Part shown: piece after piece, positions 25,683 to 38,266 of the stretch | Layout of the letters: each line of letters starts with the position of its first letter | Numbering within the stretch: the first letter of the stretch is position 1 | Assembly: GCA_963693365.1 (NCBI GenBank) | Contig: CAVNZM010000013.1 | Coordinates: 7,998,940-8,062,939 of the forward strand | DNA from: Amoebidium appalachense | Lineage: Eukaryota > Protista > Ichthyosporea | Length of the DNA stretch: 64,000 nt | Direction: 5' to 3' | Notes under the pieces: model-generated | Databases searched by the model: none | The model's input: the letters and a program-made list of their open reading frames with translations, nothing else | Told to the model about the DNA's origin: nothing | Made by a program: the position numbers and the translations under genes

Positions 25683-27193
25683 TGCGTTGATTAGGCTATA
25701 TCATGGTACTCACCCAAGGACCACTGTACACAATGTACTACAACACATGTCTGATTGTGGCGCGGTCGTGAGTGTATCCCGCTTTTATATGACATGCATT
25801 GTACTGCATGCGCCAATAGGAATTCTCCCTCGTTGGGCGATGGTTTTTCGCTGTTCAACATGGTTCTTTTATGGCGGCGTCTCGTGAGGTTGATATCGAG
25901 GGTAAACTTTGAAAGTACGCAAACATTAACGTACAACCTTGATCAGTCGTCATCTACCGTGTGTACATACGGGGTGCATACTGTACGCCGCATGTACATT
26001 ACACAAAAATATTGACAGTATGCGCCTGTGATAGTTTGCGTTGTTCAGGGGCCGGGGGGGGGGGGGGGGGGGGGGGGGGGAGGGGGGGGGAGGGGAGGGG
26101 GGCGTGGGGGGGGGAGAGGGGGGGGGGGGGGGTGTATGATCTCTACCGCAAGACGAAACCGGGTTACGGAACGATCTTGGTTTAGCAGCGTTAGCATAAA
26201 TCACCTCGTTCTCCGGGCTCTGGTAGTCCGCGATCGACATCTAAACACGCGTGATCAGGTGTCATTTCGAGGAATATGGTATGTCCAATAGGAACGCAGC
26301 AGTATCATACGACTTAATGGTGCTGGCGCACGTGCACCGAAAATCGGAGTTAGCATATGCCGCACATGTACATGGTCGTCGATCGAGTGGCCCGGGGCCG
26401 CCAAGTCTCATGAGGTTATCGAGCGTAAACTTTGGGAGTACGCAAACATTAACGTACAACCTTGATCAGTCGTCATCTACTGTGTGTACATATGGGGCCC
26501 GGGTGCATACTGTACGCCACATGTACATTATACAAAAATATTTCGCCTCAGTGTAAACACACGATATGGGGGGGGGGGGGGGGGGGGGGGAGGGAAGGGA
26601 GGGAGAAGAGAGAAGGCTTTGAGGGAATCGAAGGGAGACCTGAGGATGGGAGGAAGGGACTCTGAGAGAGGGCGGGAGGGAAAGGGGAGAGGGGGCCCGG
26701 GGGAAAGTGAACTTCGAGAGAGACTGGGAGGGAGAGGGAAGGAGGGGGGGGAAATGAGATACTGAGGGAGGGAGACTTGGACTGGCCAAGGGCCGTGACC
26801 AGAGGACTTGATAGAGCTTTGGCCTGGGGACTCCTAGGAAGGGGGGGGGGGGGGGGGGGGGGGGGGAGGGAGGGGCGGGGAGAGCCTCGGACTCTGAGGC
26901 TGACGGAGAAAGGGATGAGAGAGAGAGAGAGAGAGGAGACGCAAGGGAGAGGGGGAGACAGAGAAAGAATGAGGGAGGGAGAGGGGGAGGGGGAGACGGA
27001 GAAAGGGTGAGAGAGGGAGATGGAGAGGGAGAGGGGGGGGGAGGAGGGGGGGAGAGAGCGAGAGAGAGACTGAGAGAGAGAGAGTGTGTGTGTGTGAGAG
27101 AGAGCTTGAGAGAGAGATGGGTAGATATATAAATATATATATGATATATACACTATATATATATATATTTATATACCGCCATATGTATATATA

Positions 27194-27260
<67 letters not shown>

Positions 27261-27446
27261 TGGAGAAAGGGAGAGAGACTCTGAGACAGAAAGAGAGAGA
27301 GAGAGAGAGGAGAGAGAGAACTTGAGGAGGAGACTGTAGGAATCGATGAGACCCTGGAGGGAGCAGGGGAGGAAGTGTGGGGGGGGGAACCTTGGATCGA
27401 ACCACAGAATGTGCTCACATGAGTTTCCTTTTTATTTTCAATACGG

Positions 27447-27597
27447 ATATGTTGGTTTTATTGAACGGAAAACTTCTTACGATTCTGTCTCCCCTGGTCT
27501 CTTATGGGAAAAGCTTGCTGCACGGGGTGTACCACACTGCATTGGTGTTTTGTTAGAAGCACTCTTGTCTCAAACGTGTTACAATGTGCCCCATTAG
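27447..27597 (+). pseudogene. Small non-LTR RT fragment
   Basis: VGFIERKTSYDSVSPGLLWEKLAARGVP resembles the LINE RT motif FIDLxKAYDSVxxxLLWxKL..G.P. It is flanked by a ~58-bp direct repeat (27389-27446 / 27722-27779). Confidence 0.6.
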
Positions 27598-27646
27598 GAA
27601 ACAGTGCCAGTCTAGCTTCACTGTCAGACTGGGCCGGGGTGGGCGT

Positions 27647-27688
<42 letters not shown>

Positions 27689-28519
27689 AGGGGAAGGGGG
27701 GGGGGGGGGGGGGGGGGGGGGACCTTGGATCGAGCCACAGAATGTGTTCACATGAGTTTTCTTTTTATTTTCAATACGGGCGTGAATGGCTTGACATTGT
27801 CCTGCAAATACTTATCACACCTGGCACCCAACACTACAAGTGGGCATCAGCACAGGTTACGTTTGTAAAACAGGCCAACCGCTATTTAGTAATGGGAATG
27901 CAATGTAAATCCGAAACCTAGTAACACAAATCGCCTTTCCACAAAGATATGGTGGTACAGTGAAAACATAAAGAACAGGGAGCACCCAAGCCATTATATA
28001 CCAACAGACCATTTCGTGAAGTCCAAAACCAACATCCAACACTAAACGATTCAGTACAACCTAGAGCACTGTGCAATCATTCCTAGCTGCAGGTAAGCCT
28101 GAAGTTCATCGGCGGCCTCCAGATAGTCTGCACGGGCACTACGTATGCGAGCGTCGTGCGTGGATGCAATGACAATTGTGTTAACGGTATCCACAATCTC
28201 CCTCGCAATCCCCCCCCCCCTCCCCCTCCCCCTCCCCCCCCTCCCAAAAAATGTATGGCCTTTGGACGGACGTACCCCCCCCCCACACACACACACACGC
28301 ACACACCCCAACACCCAACACACATACACACACAAAACCATGTACACATGTGTACACCAGCCCACACACACACACACACACACACGAACACGAACATGCA
28401 CATTCGCTCACACGCTTCCACCCACACTCGTACGTGCCATCGCAATGTTGCAATGTTACATATAAAGACAGTGCACGCGACATCTTGAACACACACGCCA
28501 TCCAAAGTGGTGTGACCGG

Positions 28520-29340
28520 CATAAATTGATTTTTATGCCCAGTTATCAAATTTGATTGGCAAACCCGCTATCTCGAATGTTTGCCTGATGCTCTTCCATA
28601 TGGAATGTTCGCGTGCTGCGGGCTTCTTTCGATTGGGCTGTTACTCTACACGCAAGATTACAACATGTTTCCACATGAACCAGAATCTACGGTGGATTAC
28701 CAGAGTCCCCTGCACCATGATAACGCGTCTCGCCGGCTGGCGTCCCTGTGAAAAGCCTCCCCCCTCCCCCCCCCCCCCCCCCCCCCCCCCCTCCCCAATG
28801 ATCTTCCTATTGTTTAAGGACCATGTTTCCTCGTCCCGCTAGTACTATTACATAGAGTACTATTACATAGCAACATTTACTTTCCATTCTACATAATTTT
28901 AATCCATTCAACAACGAAGTCCATACACCTGTGTCCTCGCAATGTCATGGCAATCCAGCCCCCCCCACATATAAACACAGCGCACGCGATACCTTGAATG
29001 GAGCGCATAAATTGTGTGTCATTTTTCTTATGTCCCGTTAAAATATTTTTTATGGCCCGTTATGGAGCGCATAAGTGAATGGAGCGCATAAATTGTGGGC
29101 CATTTTTCTTATGTCCCGTTATAATGATTTTTATGCCCCGTTATCAAATTTGATTGGCAAACCCGCTATCTGGAATGTTTGCCTGATGCACTTCCATATA
29201 GAATGTTCGTGTGCCGCGGGCTTTTTCCGATTGGACTATTACTTTCCACGCACGTTTCCACATCAAGCAGAGTCTCCGGCGGACTACCAGAGCCCCCGTC
29301 ACCATCATAACGCGCCCAGTCGGCTCGCGTCGCTGTGAAA

Positions 29341-29371
<31 letters not shown>

Positions 29372-29530
29372 TTCCCCCCCGCACCATACAAAATCAAATT
29401 AGTGATATCCCTATTGTTGAAGGACCACGTTTCCTTCTCCCGCTAGTACTATGACATAGAGTGCTATTACATAGCAACATTTACTTTCAATTATACATAC
29501 TTTTAATCCGAAGTCCATACATCTGTGTGG
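28520..29530. repeat. ~400-bp diverged direct duplication (28520-28940 vs 29110-29530)
   Basis: Shared ttatcaaatttgattggcaaacccgctatc...cccgctagtactat...gaagtccatac. Confidence 0.8.
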
Positions 29531-29948
29531 TCGCAAGTTGTGGAATGCCCGCATGACGCGGGCCTCTAACGATTGGATAAAAACATAAGAAACTCAAGCA
29601 GTGCCAAGGAATGTTCGCCTGACACTGCCCGCACATGATTGACGGAGTGCTCTCTCTATTCAGTCGGGGCGTCCTCTAATTAGGAGATCACACAAAACAC
29701 ATGTTATCAACATCTTTGGGCCGGTCGACCTGGCATGCGGGACTCTCAAAGTCCACATGTACATACAAACGCCCCCCCCCCCCCCCCCCCCCCTCCCCCT
29801 CCCCTTCTACCCTCCCAAAACAATACACACATTACACCCATCCACCCCACTTGGGTTTGAATTGTACATACGTAGTTATAGAAGATTTCTACGAACTCCC
29901 TTTAGATAACATGTACAAACATTGCGTGACCCGCGCGCGCGGTTGTTC

Positions 29949-31983
29949 ATGCATATGACACAAGCAAACCTCGTGATCTTATTGCGGGATCACCTTTTGG
30001 GTCCGACACTCACCAAACAAAAGGCGGTCGCATTCCAAATGCACGAGCACATTTTAACGCACACGCTAGCTGTTCAGAACACTGTCTTTCCAACAAGCAG
30101 TGTCGACATGCCGAACTTACGGGGTAGGGCCTCAGGGCCCGTAGGGCCCGGTGGCGAAACACTACGTGGGGTGTCGCCGCTTACTGCAGACTTGGACAGC
30201 ATGATGCCTCTAGAAGAGGACGCAGATTCCTACATCATAACCCCTAAACAGGTATGCATTGCGTCTTACCACCACTCCCTGTTTCGGTCGCAGGTACCGC
30301 TTTACTCTGAGTAGGCTATCCGTTTGCTTGACAATGTATGGTATCGATGCATGTGTGCCCCTAACTTTGAGCTACGTAAGACCGACTGAACACAAAGGTA
30401 CCTTCTCACATTAGGGGTTTGTGCTGGTGTGGGGTCACTCAGGTCGGATGGCAGGAGGACCTGGAGAGGAACCTTTTTGTATTCCGCGGGCACATTCAAT
30501 TAACAGAAAAATCAATCAAACACGTGCGAAGGCTGGCTAGCAACCACATTGCTCAAACGATTTTGGTGAACGATACGGTTGACGTCCACGATAACGATGG
30601 GACGCGTTTCTCTGTTCCTCTGACCCCGAAAGACCCTCTGTTAAAAACTTGGTATGATGAAATCAGGCATTTTCTGGGAGACAACGGCCTACCATGCAAT
30701 CTCAAGATTTCCGGTCTCTCAGTTATAGGCAGCAAGCCCAACGGTTCACCCCAGGTGTGCCACTGGGATCACAATGTCCATGAGATATTGAAGAAACAAG
30801 CCCCATGGCAAGATATACCGTGGTCAATTTTCTATCACATTTTGCCACATGTCATGCCTTGATTATAGAATCTGATGGACCTGGCAGTCAAGCATCCATG
30901 TTCCAGTGTAATTCTCTTTGCCGGGTTTGACAGAATTCGTTAGTTTAGTGTATGATAAAGCAAATACGTGTAGGATAAGGCAAATATTTTGTATTTTCGT
31001 CTTTGTCTGACTATTCACGGAAACAGAATCTGAGGAGGAACCCGTGGACGAGGAGAAACAACCCCAGTTCACTACCCGGGCCACACAACAATCCCAAGGC
31101 ACAGCCGGCAGTACTACCCACAATGACAACAGCAGGGTGAAACCGCCCTCGTCGACTGCTGCCTCACCTCAGCCCACTGGTCCTGTGCCACAACGTAGGC
31201 CCCCCCCCCCCCCCCCCCCCCCCCCCAAACCAAAAGAAAATAAGCGGAAGTGCTGAACTCCGAACTAAAAAAAGAACATCCCCCCTCCCGTATCCCCCCT
31301 CCCCCCTCCCACAACCCAAACATAACAAATACCTATCAACCGATGTGTGTGAGAGGGTCACATGCTTGAAACTTAAGAAGAGATTTTATTTTCCTGCATC
31401 GTTTGTAGGCATCAGGTTACAAACTGTGAGATGGAGTCTCATCTTCCCAGAGCAAGCATACACTCGTGACACTACACATACAAAATGAGACGGTGTGTGT
31501 GGAAAAACCGTATACAGGTAAACTATGGCCTATTTTTAGTTTCGTAATGATGTTGGTGGTCATTTCTAGTTCTATTCGTTACCACGTCAATATCTTCATC
31601 ATGATTCCTGGCATTTTATTTTCGGTGTAATACATCAACATCAACTGACAGAAACATGTGGTTCACAGACACGGATCCATCCGTCAAAACCCCTCCTTCC
31701 CCTCCATCAACCGGGAGGCATGAACACCCTGATACCCCCCTGCACACAGACGAAAGAGTGGCTGCTAAGGCCAGGCCTTGTGTCCGTCAGCCACCATCCG
31801 GGGTCATGCCCGAACCAGATCGGAACCCAATGGGTTTCGAATTGTACCTGGCTAATACACGACCCCCTCCTGTTAACCTCCTGCGGGAGGCCTACCTGCA
31901 GTCATCGCGTGAAAGCGACACTCCACAACAGACTTTGTCTGGTGCAGAAGGTATCCCCCCCCCCCCCCCCCCTTCCCCCGCGT

Positions 31984-32050
<67 letters not shown>

Positions 32051-32371
32051 TCACGGTGAAACCGTCTCTCCATGCTGGTTTTGATTATGGAATAGTGTAC
32101 ATGAAGGAGCATTGCAAAAAAATTGAGGCTACCAGGGGTTCAATAAAACTCGTCCATAAGGTTTTAATTATGAGTTTGATCAAACATGTACACGTTTTTA
32201 TTACATAAACCTTCTCACGATTTTTCCCCCTTGCAGGCCAGGTACACCCCCAGGGCGGCACCACTCCCTCCCCAAACACCGAGGAGTCCCCCCGACCCCA
32301 ACCCCCACAACATGAACTGTCCACACAAGCCAACAAAGGTAGCCCCCCCTCCCCCCCCCCCCCCCCCCCCC

Positions 32372-32457
<86 letters not shown>

Positions 32458-32755
32458 TCACGGTGAAACCGTCTCTCCATGCTGGTTTTGATTATGGAAT
32501 AGTGTACATGAAGGAGCATTGCAAAAAATTTGAGGCTACCAGGGGTTCCATAAAACTCGTCCATAAGGTTTTAATTATGAGTTTGATCAAACATGTACAC
32601 GTTTTTATTACATAAACCTTCTCACGATTTTTCCCCCTTGCAGGCCAGGTACACCCCCAGGGCGGCACCACTCCCTCCCCAAACACCGAGGAGTCCCCCC
32701 GACCCCAACCCCCACAACATGAACTGTCCACACAAGCCAACAAAGGTAGCCCCCC

Positions 32756-32839
<84 letters not shown>

Positions 32840-33131
32840 TCACGGTGAAACCGTCTCTCCATGCTGGTTTTGATTATGGAATAGTGTACATGAAGGAGCA
32901 TGGCAAAAAATTTGAGGCTACCAGGGGTTCCATAAAACTCGTCCATAAGGTTTTAATTATGAGTTTGATCAAAGATGTACACGTTTTTATTACATAAACC
33001 TTCTCACGATTTTCCCCCCTTGCAGGCCAGGTACACCCCCAGGGCGGCACCACTCCCTCCCCAAACACCGAGGAGTCCCCCCGACCCCAACCCCCACAAC
33101 ATGAACTGTCCACACAAGCCAACAAAGGTAG

Positions 33132-33165
<34 letters not shown>

Positions 33166-33684
33166 ACCACACGCACACACACACACACACGCACACGCAC
33201 ACGCACACGCACACACATCACAGAAAGAGAGACTCTGAGAGAGAGAGGGAGATAGGGACATAGGGAGACTAAAACTATTACATCGGATAAATTTTATTTT
33301 ACATTTGGTGACCACTTTGTTTTTTGTATCAGTACATGAATCAAGGGTGTATACTCTGCTACCCATCATGACTGGTATGTCCTTGCACGTTTGGTATCCA
33401 AAAAAAAAAACCCCTAAAAAAAAAAAAAAAACCCTAAAATTTCCCTTTTGTTTTCTGTTTCTGTTTCTGTTTTTGTTTTTGTGGAACGAAAGAGGGGGGG
33501 TGGGGGTGGGGGTGGGGGTGGGGGTGGGGGTGGGGGTGGGGATGGGGACGGAAGGGCTGTTAAGTAAGCAGCATCGAGTTTCTTTCATCTAACCCCATTC
33601 CCTTCCCATCTCCAGATCCAAATCTGCCACCACCTCCCAAGGCCACAGACGGCGGCACGATCAGCGACTCTGAGGCAGTTAAAG
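29949..33684 (+). CDS. Multi-exon cargo gene: 2OG-Fe(II) oxygenase-like (PhyH-like) region followed by Pro/Ser/Thr-rich exons; may be disrupted
   Basis: Exon 29949-30251 splices in frame to 30443 onward, reading ...LSVIGSKPNGSPQVCHWDH...IPWSIF with an HxD motif; stop at 30862. Further GT-AG phase-1 exons lie at ~31027-31195, 31668-31950, in the triplicated block, and at 33616-33684. Confidence 0.5.
32045..33215 (+). repeat. Near-identical ~390-bp tandem triplication containing exon-like segments
   Basis: Three copies of caggtgtcacggtgaaaccg...caacaaaggtagc(C)n(CA)n starting at ~32045, ~32452 and ~32834. Confidence 0.92.
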
Positions 33685-33777
33685 GTGAGCCTGTTATACA
33701 GAAATACGTAGAAGCTGTCACATCATAAGTGAGTAGATTTACTCGTCTCAGGGTCTCGTATCATAACATTTTCAATT

Positions 33778-33814
<37 letters not shown>

Positions 33815-35527
33815 GGGCGTCTTTTGGGAGTTGAGCTAGGGAAAACTATGAACCATTCCCTTATTCCCCTCTAATACATGTAGATATAAAGGACGTCTGC
33901 CCAAAGATATGACTGGCAATACACAAAGTGTGTATCCAATCCATAGGTATCGTATCATTGATGCGCTTCTGATCGAAAATCAAAGGCGTACCGATTTTAC
34001 ACCTATACCAAAAATTGGTCAAAAACACGCGACACGGTGAAAAGGATGCTACGTGCTATCAACGAACCATGCATTGCCTTACGCCTTGACAACTTGTTGT
34101 CCACATACAGATTGTATAACTCAATTCGCCACATTGAAAAGCACGGGTCTTTATATCGCAGGACTGGAAGAATGCGACCGGAAGATGAATGGTTTTACGG
34201 ATGGTGAAAAGGATATTCTAGGAAATTTTTTTGACTTTTGTTGAAAATAAGTCTGCTAACAATCTATCGCACACGCACACACGCACACGCACACGCACAC
34301 GCACACGCACACGCACACGCACACCCACGCACACACGCGCACACGCACACACACAAACATAGGTCAAGAACATGGTGTCCGAGAACCTGATATCATTCAG
34401 GAAAGCACTCAACACCATGCAACCCACCGTGTAGACGCTGAGTATGATGCCGACAGCCCACCCCCACCTTTGCCGCTTAGTATGTTTTTCTAGTCGATTG
34501 CAAAGCGCTTGCGCCCCAAATGACGACAACAACAGCTGCAATGACCATGATGTTTGCTCGAATGACCATCACGTTATACCCTGTGGGTATATATAAATTT
34601 GTATTCATTTGCATCAATATTTGTATTGAAACACATGTTCTAAAGGATTCACTCGTCGTTCAGTGAAAGTAAAGAATGATTGAATGATTGAATGAATAAA
34701 CGGCTTCCTGTCCTTCAGCCACATTTTATCTTGACATATTTTTACATGCTCATGGAACGAACAAACGAACGAACGGGCTTGTGTTGTTTTTTTTGTGTTA
34801 TGTTGTGTTATGTTATGTTTTAGGGCTTTTGTCTCTACTAGCTCGAGTAGATGGTGGTTGGGATTGGGGTGGGGTTGGGTTGGTTCTCTTGACACCAATA
34901 AGTGTATCAGTTTTTCTGGTCCATAGCACGGGCATGTATGGTTGAGAATGCACAAAACTGGGTTTGCAATAGGCCGATTAACATATTCCGGAATATGTGT
35001 TTTTCTGCACGTTGGGGACTGCTCAGCTATGAGATCTTTACGTGACCCAAACCACAGCAAAACCACTTGTCCCATAATATCGTATTCCGGAATATGTTTG
35101 TATCGATACTGTCTAACTTCTATAACGTCTTGCTCATGGACTTGCAGACACGTCTTATGGCTCCTGGAACATGCTTATTTTGATTCTAATATATATTCCG
35201 GAATACGTGTTTCCCCGAAGACGTGTTTCACCACAAATCTGTGATGGGCACGTTTTTTGTTCGTTTTGTCTTCTTGGTGGACTCTCAGAATCCGAATTGG
35301 ATATGATATGAATAATTTGACACGAACGTGCAGGCCCCGTTCGGATGTTTTCATGTCAATATTTTGCTGTGTTTTTGTATCCGAACACCGCTCATGACGG
35401 GCCGTCCCCGTTGGTCGATATCTTTCCTGCCGGGTCCCCAGCTCAGCATTTACTATTCGTATGCTAATAAAATACCCCCGTTGTGGCACCACGTCACAAA
35501 ATGTAAACTTTACAATTTCTCCCATTA

Positions 35528-38068
35528 TCTGTTGGAAGGCCCTCCGAGTCAGCACTCACTTATGAACAAGAGAGAGGTGTGATAGAGTGGATCTTTGAGA
35601 GGCAGGATGCGACTCGGAATCTCTCCACATCTGTTCGTGAAATCAAACAGAAACTAGTAGAAACTGCAAAAGAACACGGGGGTAGTACCCTTTAAGAAAG
35701 ACAGACCATCTGATGGGTTCTGGAATGCTTTCAAAAAAACGACGCCCAGACTTCACTTTGCTGAGGGTGCCTTTGCCAGCTGATGACCGGCACGATGCAG
35801 CAACAACACCAAGCATCATTCGGCACTACTTTGACATCGTCCGCAAAGTGATGGTAACCTTTTTTGGCGGTCGATTCCTTGAAGTTCCCCACCAAGTCCT
35901 CAACCTGGACGAAACCCCACAGAGAACTTCTCCACTCAGTTCCCAGACTAGCCGGTGCTAAAAAGGGCAGCAGGGCAGTCCGACGTCGCATCATCGGAAA
36001 CGACAAAGAAAACATCACCATCATTCCAATTGGCAATGTTGCAGATGAGCTTCTCGGTGTCATCGTGATTCTCAAAGGCGCGCGAGTCAAGAAAGCGACA
36101 ATCGAAGCCTGTACCATCGATAACGTGTACTTTTAACCGCAGTTCCAAACGGCCTCAACAACACCAAGATTTTCGACCAAATTGAGTATTGCTCTGGTCA
36201 AAATTCTGAAGAACCAACTCGACCCAGGCCCCCACATGGTACTGGTCGACAGACATCACTCGCGCGCGTCATCTTTCGCCCTCAGGCACCTCAAAAACAA
36301 CCAAGTTTACGTGGTCGGACTACCGGGAACAACACCAACCACGCAAGCAATGGACAAATGCAACGTTCCGAGTGTGAAGAAGGAATACAGGAACCTCTAC
36401 TGCGAGTTTGTCGCGGCAAACCCAACCCTCAAGAAGTTCACTTATGCACATTTCATCGCGCTGTACTCCCGTGCGTTCAACGGTAAATGTCGTAGCTTAC
36501 AAACAGAGTGTATACAAACTACTCTAACTATCTGCACGCTTAAAGGGGCTCGAAACTGTGTATACGTATAAACTTTTCTTTGAGTTGGGTGGGAAGCGAG
36601 TTTTCGTGTTCTTAGAAGAACTTCCAAAAGCCCGCGACCCCGCGAGACACTTCACAGACACGCGGCCCACTGGCCAGACAAATACCACAGTGACATTCAG
36701 CCAATCACAACACTCCCTCCCCCACAGACTACACGCACTCCACACCATTGGCTACCGCGACCTCAGACACCCCTACAGCACTACAACACGTACACACGTT
36801 TACTCACAATACATATAAGCATACACACACGCGAGCAGGCAACATGGGTCTCGCCACGCACACAGCAAGAAGCAATACAACATTTAACATGGAGAGTACG
36901 CAGAGGCATTGTGCATGCACGCGCGCACCTTTAACAATCAGCCGCCGCCGCATCAGGTTCTCCCCATACCACTGATTAATCTCCTCATACCCCACTTAGA
37001 CCCCGGCATCACTATGCAAGAAAACCCCCGAAATTCACTCACCAAAACACAAAATATAGAAGCAAACTAATACGAATCAGCTCAGCACATGACAGTAAAC
37101 TCACCAAACAATCATCGGATAGTGAGTGCGTTCGCCAAAACTGGCTTCAGACAGGAGAACGGAGAGGTGGTTGTGGATGAGGAGAGAGTTCAAGCATCAC
37201 TGCCCCTCAAGCATCGTGCGGCTACTGCAAACCTCCCCCCGCCTGAAATCACTTCGAAAGAGCTCAGGTGGACTGAAGATGAGGAATCTCAAGAGGGGGA
37301 CAACTCAGAAGAAAGCAGGGAGGTTCCTGAACAGGAAAATGAATACGAAAACGGAAACGAAAATCCCCCCGAAATCGAAAACGAAAACCCCCCCGAAAAC
37401 GAAAACGAAAATACACTATGGAGGCGGAGAGCGGAGATGACATGTTGCCCACCTACGAAACAGACGGAAATGGACAGCAGCGTGCGATTCTGTGGACACG
37501 CGAAACCTTTCTCAAGGAACTTGAGGAGAGAGAGAAACGCAAGCAGCAGAAGGAAGATGGAAAGAAACAGCGAGCAGAGGAGAGGAAACGAAGGAAGGCG
37601 GAGAGACTACAAGAACAGGAGGAGAAAAGAGAGCGCAAGAGGCCGGAGAAAGCAAGAGAGAGAGAAAAGAGAAAAGCACAGGAGGCAGCCGTGAAAGAGG
37701 CAAGGAAAAAAGTGTTAGAGGGAGGAAAAGAAAAAAGAAAAAGAGCTGAGGGCACAGGAAGAGAAGGAAAGGAACTTGGCACAGGAGGGAGGGCTAAAAG
37801 GGAGATCCAAACCGACACAACCACTGATGCAGGGAAGCCCAAGAAGAAAAAGAGGAAGGCGAAGAGAGCATTCTGGGGGTCAGACACTGATGCACCAGAA
37901 GCAGAAAGCAACGAAGACGGAGAAAGGGAGAGTGAGAGTGAGAGCGAAAATGAACGGAGGAAGGTGCACGGTGATGAGTGGATGGAAAATGAAAGCGACA
38001 ACTTGAAAGAAAACGAACCACCAAGAAACGACTCGCACGGCCAACCATACTGGCCTGGCTACTACTAA
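35528..38068 (+). pseudogene. pogo transposase remainder (Tc5/CENP-B HTH, DD34D DDE_1 domain, charged C-terminus), frameshifted, with intron 36483-37080
   Basis: Motifs EQERGVIEWIF, PSDGFWNAFKKRRP, LNLDETP, VLVDRHHSR, LPGTTPTTQAMD and RIVSAFAKTGF. Removing the GT-AG intron joins AFN-AQHM in frame. Several frameshifts are present. Confidence 0.88.
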
Positions 38069-38266
38069 GTCTTCACCTACCAACAGGTCCCATTCAACCC
38101 ATACCAACCTGGGATGCAATACCAACAGTTACAGTACGTATCAGTATCCATACCCCGGACAGATGTAGAGGTATGCTAACAGTACAGGAACGAGCATGCG
38201 TGTGTAGGTTGCACTTGTAGTACAGAACGGCATCTTTGGTCACACTGTCAGGCAGTAGGTTGTATG

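Larger units (their letters stand above)
20776..35525. mobile_element. 14.75-kb TIR element with TA TSD carrying spliced cargo genes
   Basis: TIR ATGGGAGAAATTGTAAA(C/G)TTTACA at both ends, with TA at 20774-20775 and 35526-35527. Excision restores the pogo transposase reading frame. Confidence 0.85.

Noticed and set aside
37453-38001. Hydrophobic minus-strand ORF (membrane protein-like)
   Set aside because: Antisense shadow of the Lys/Glu/Arg-rich transposase tail.
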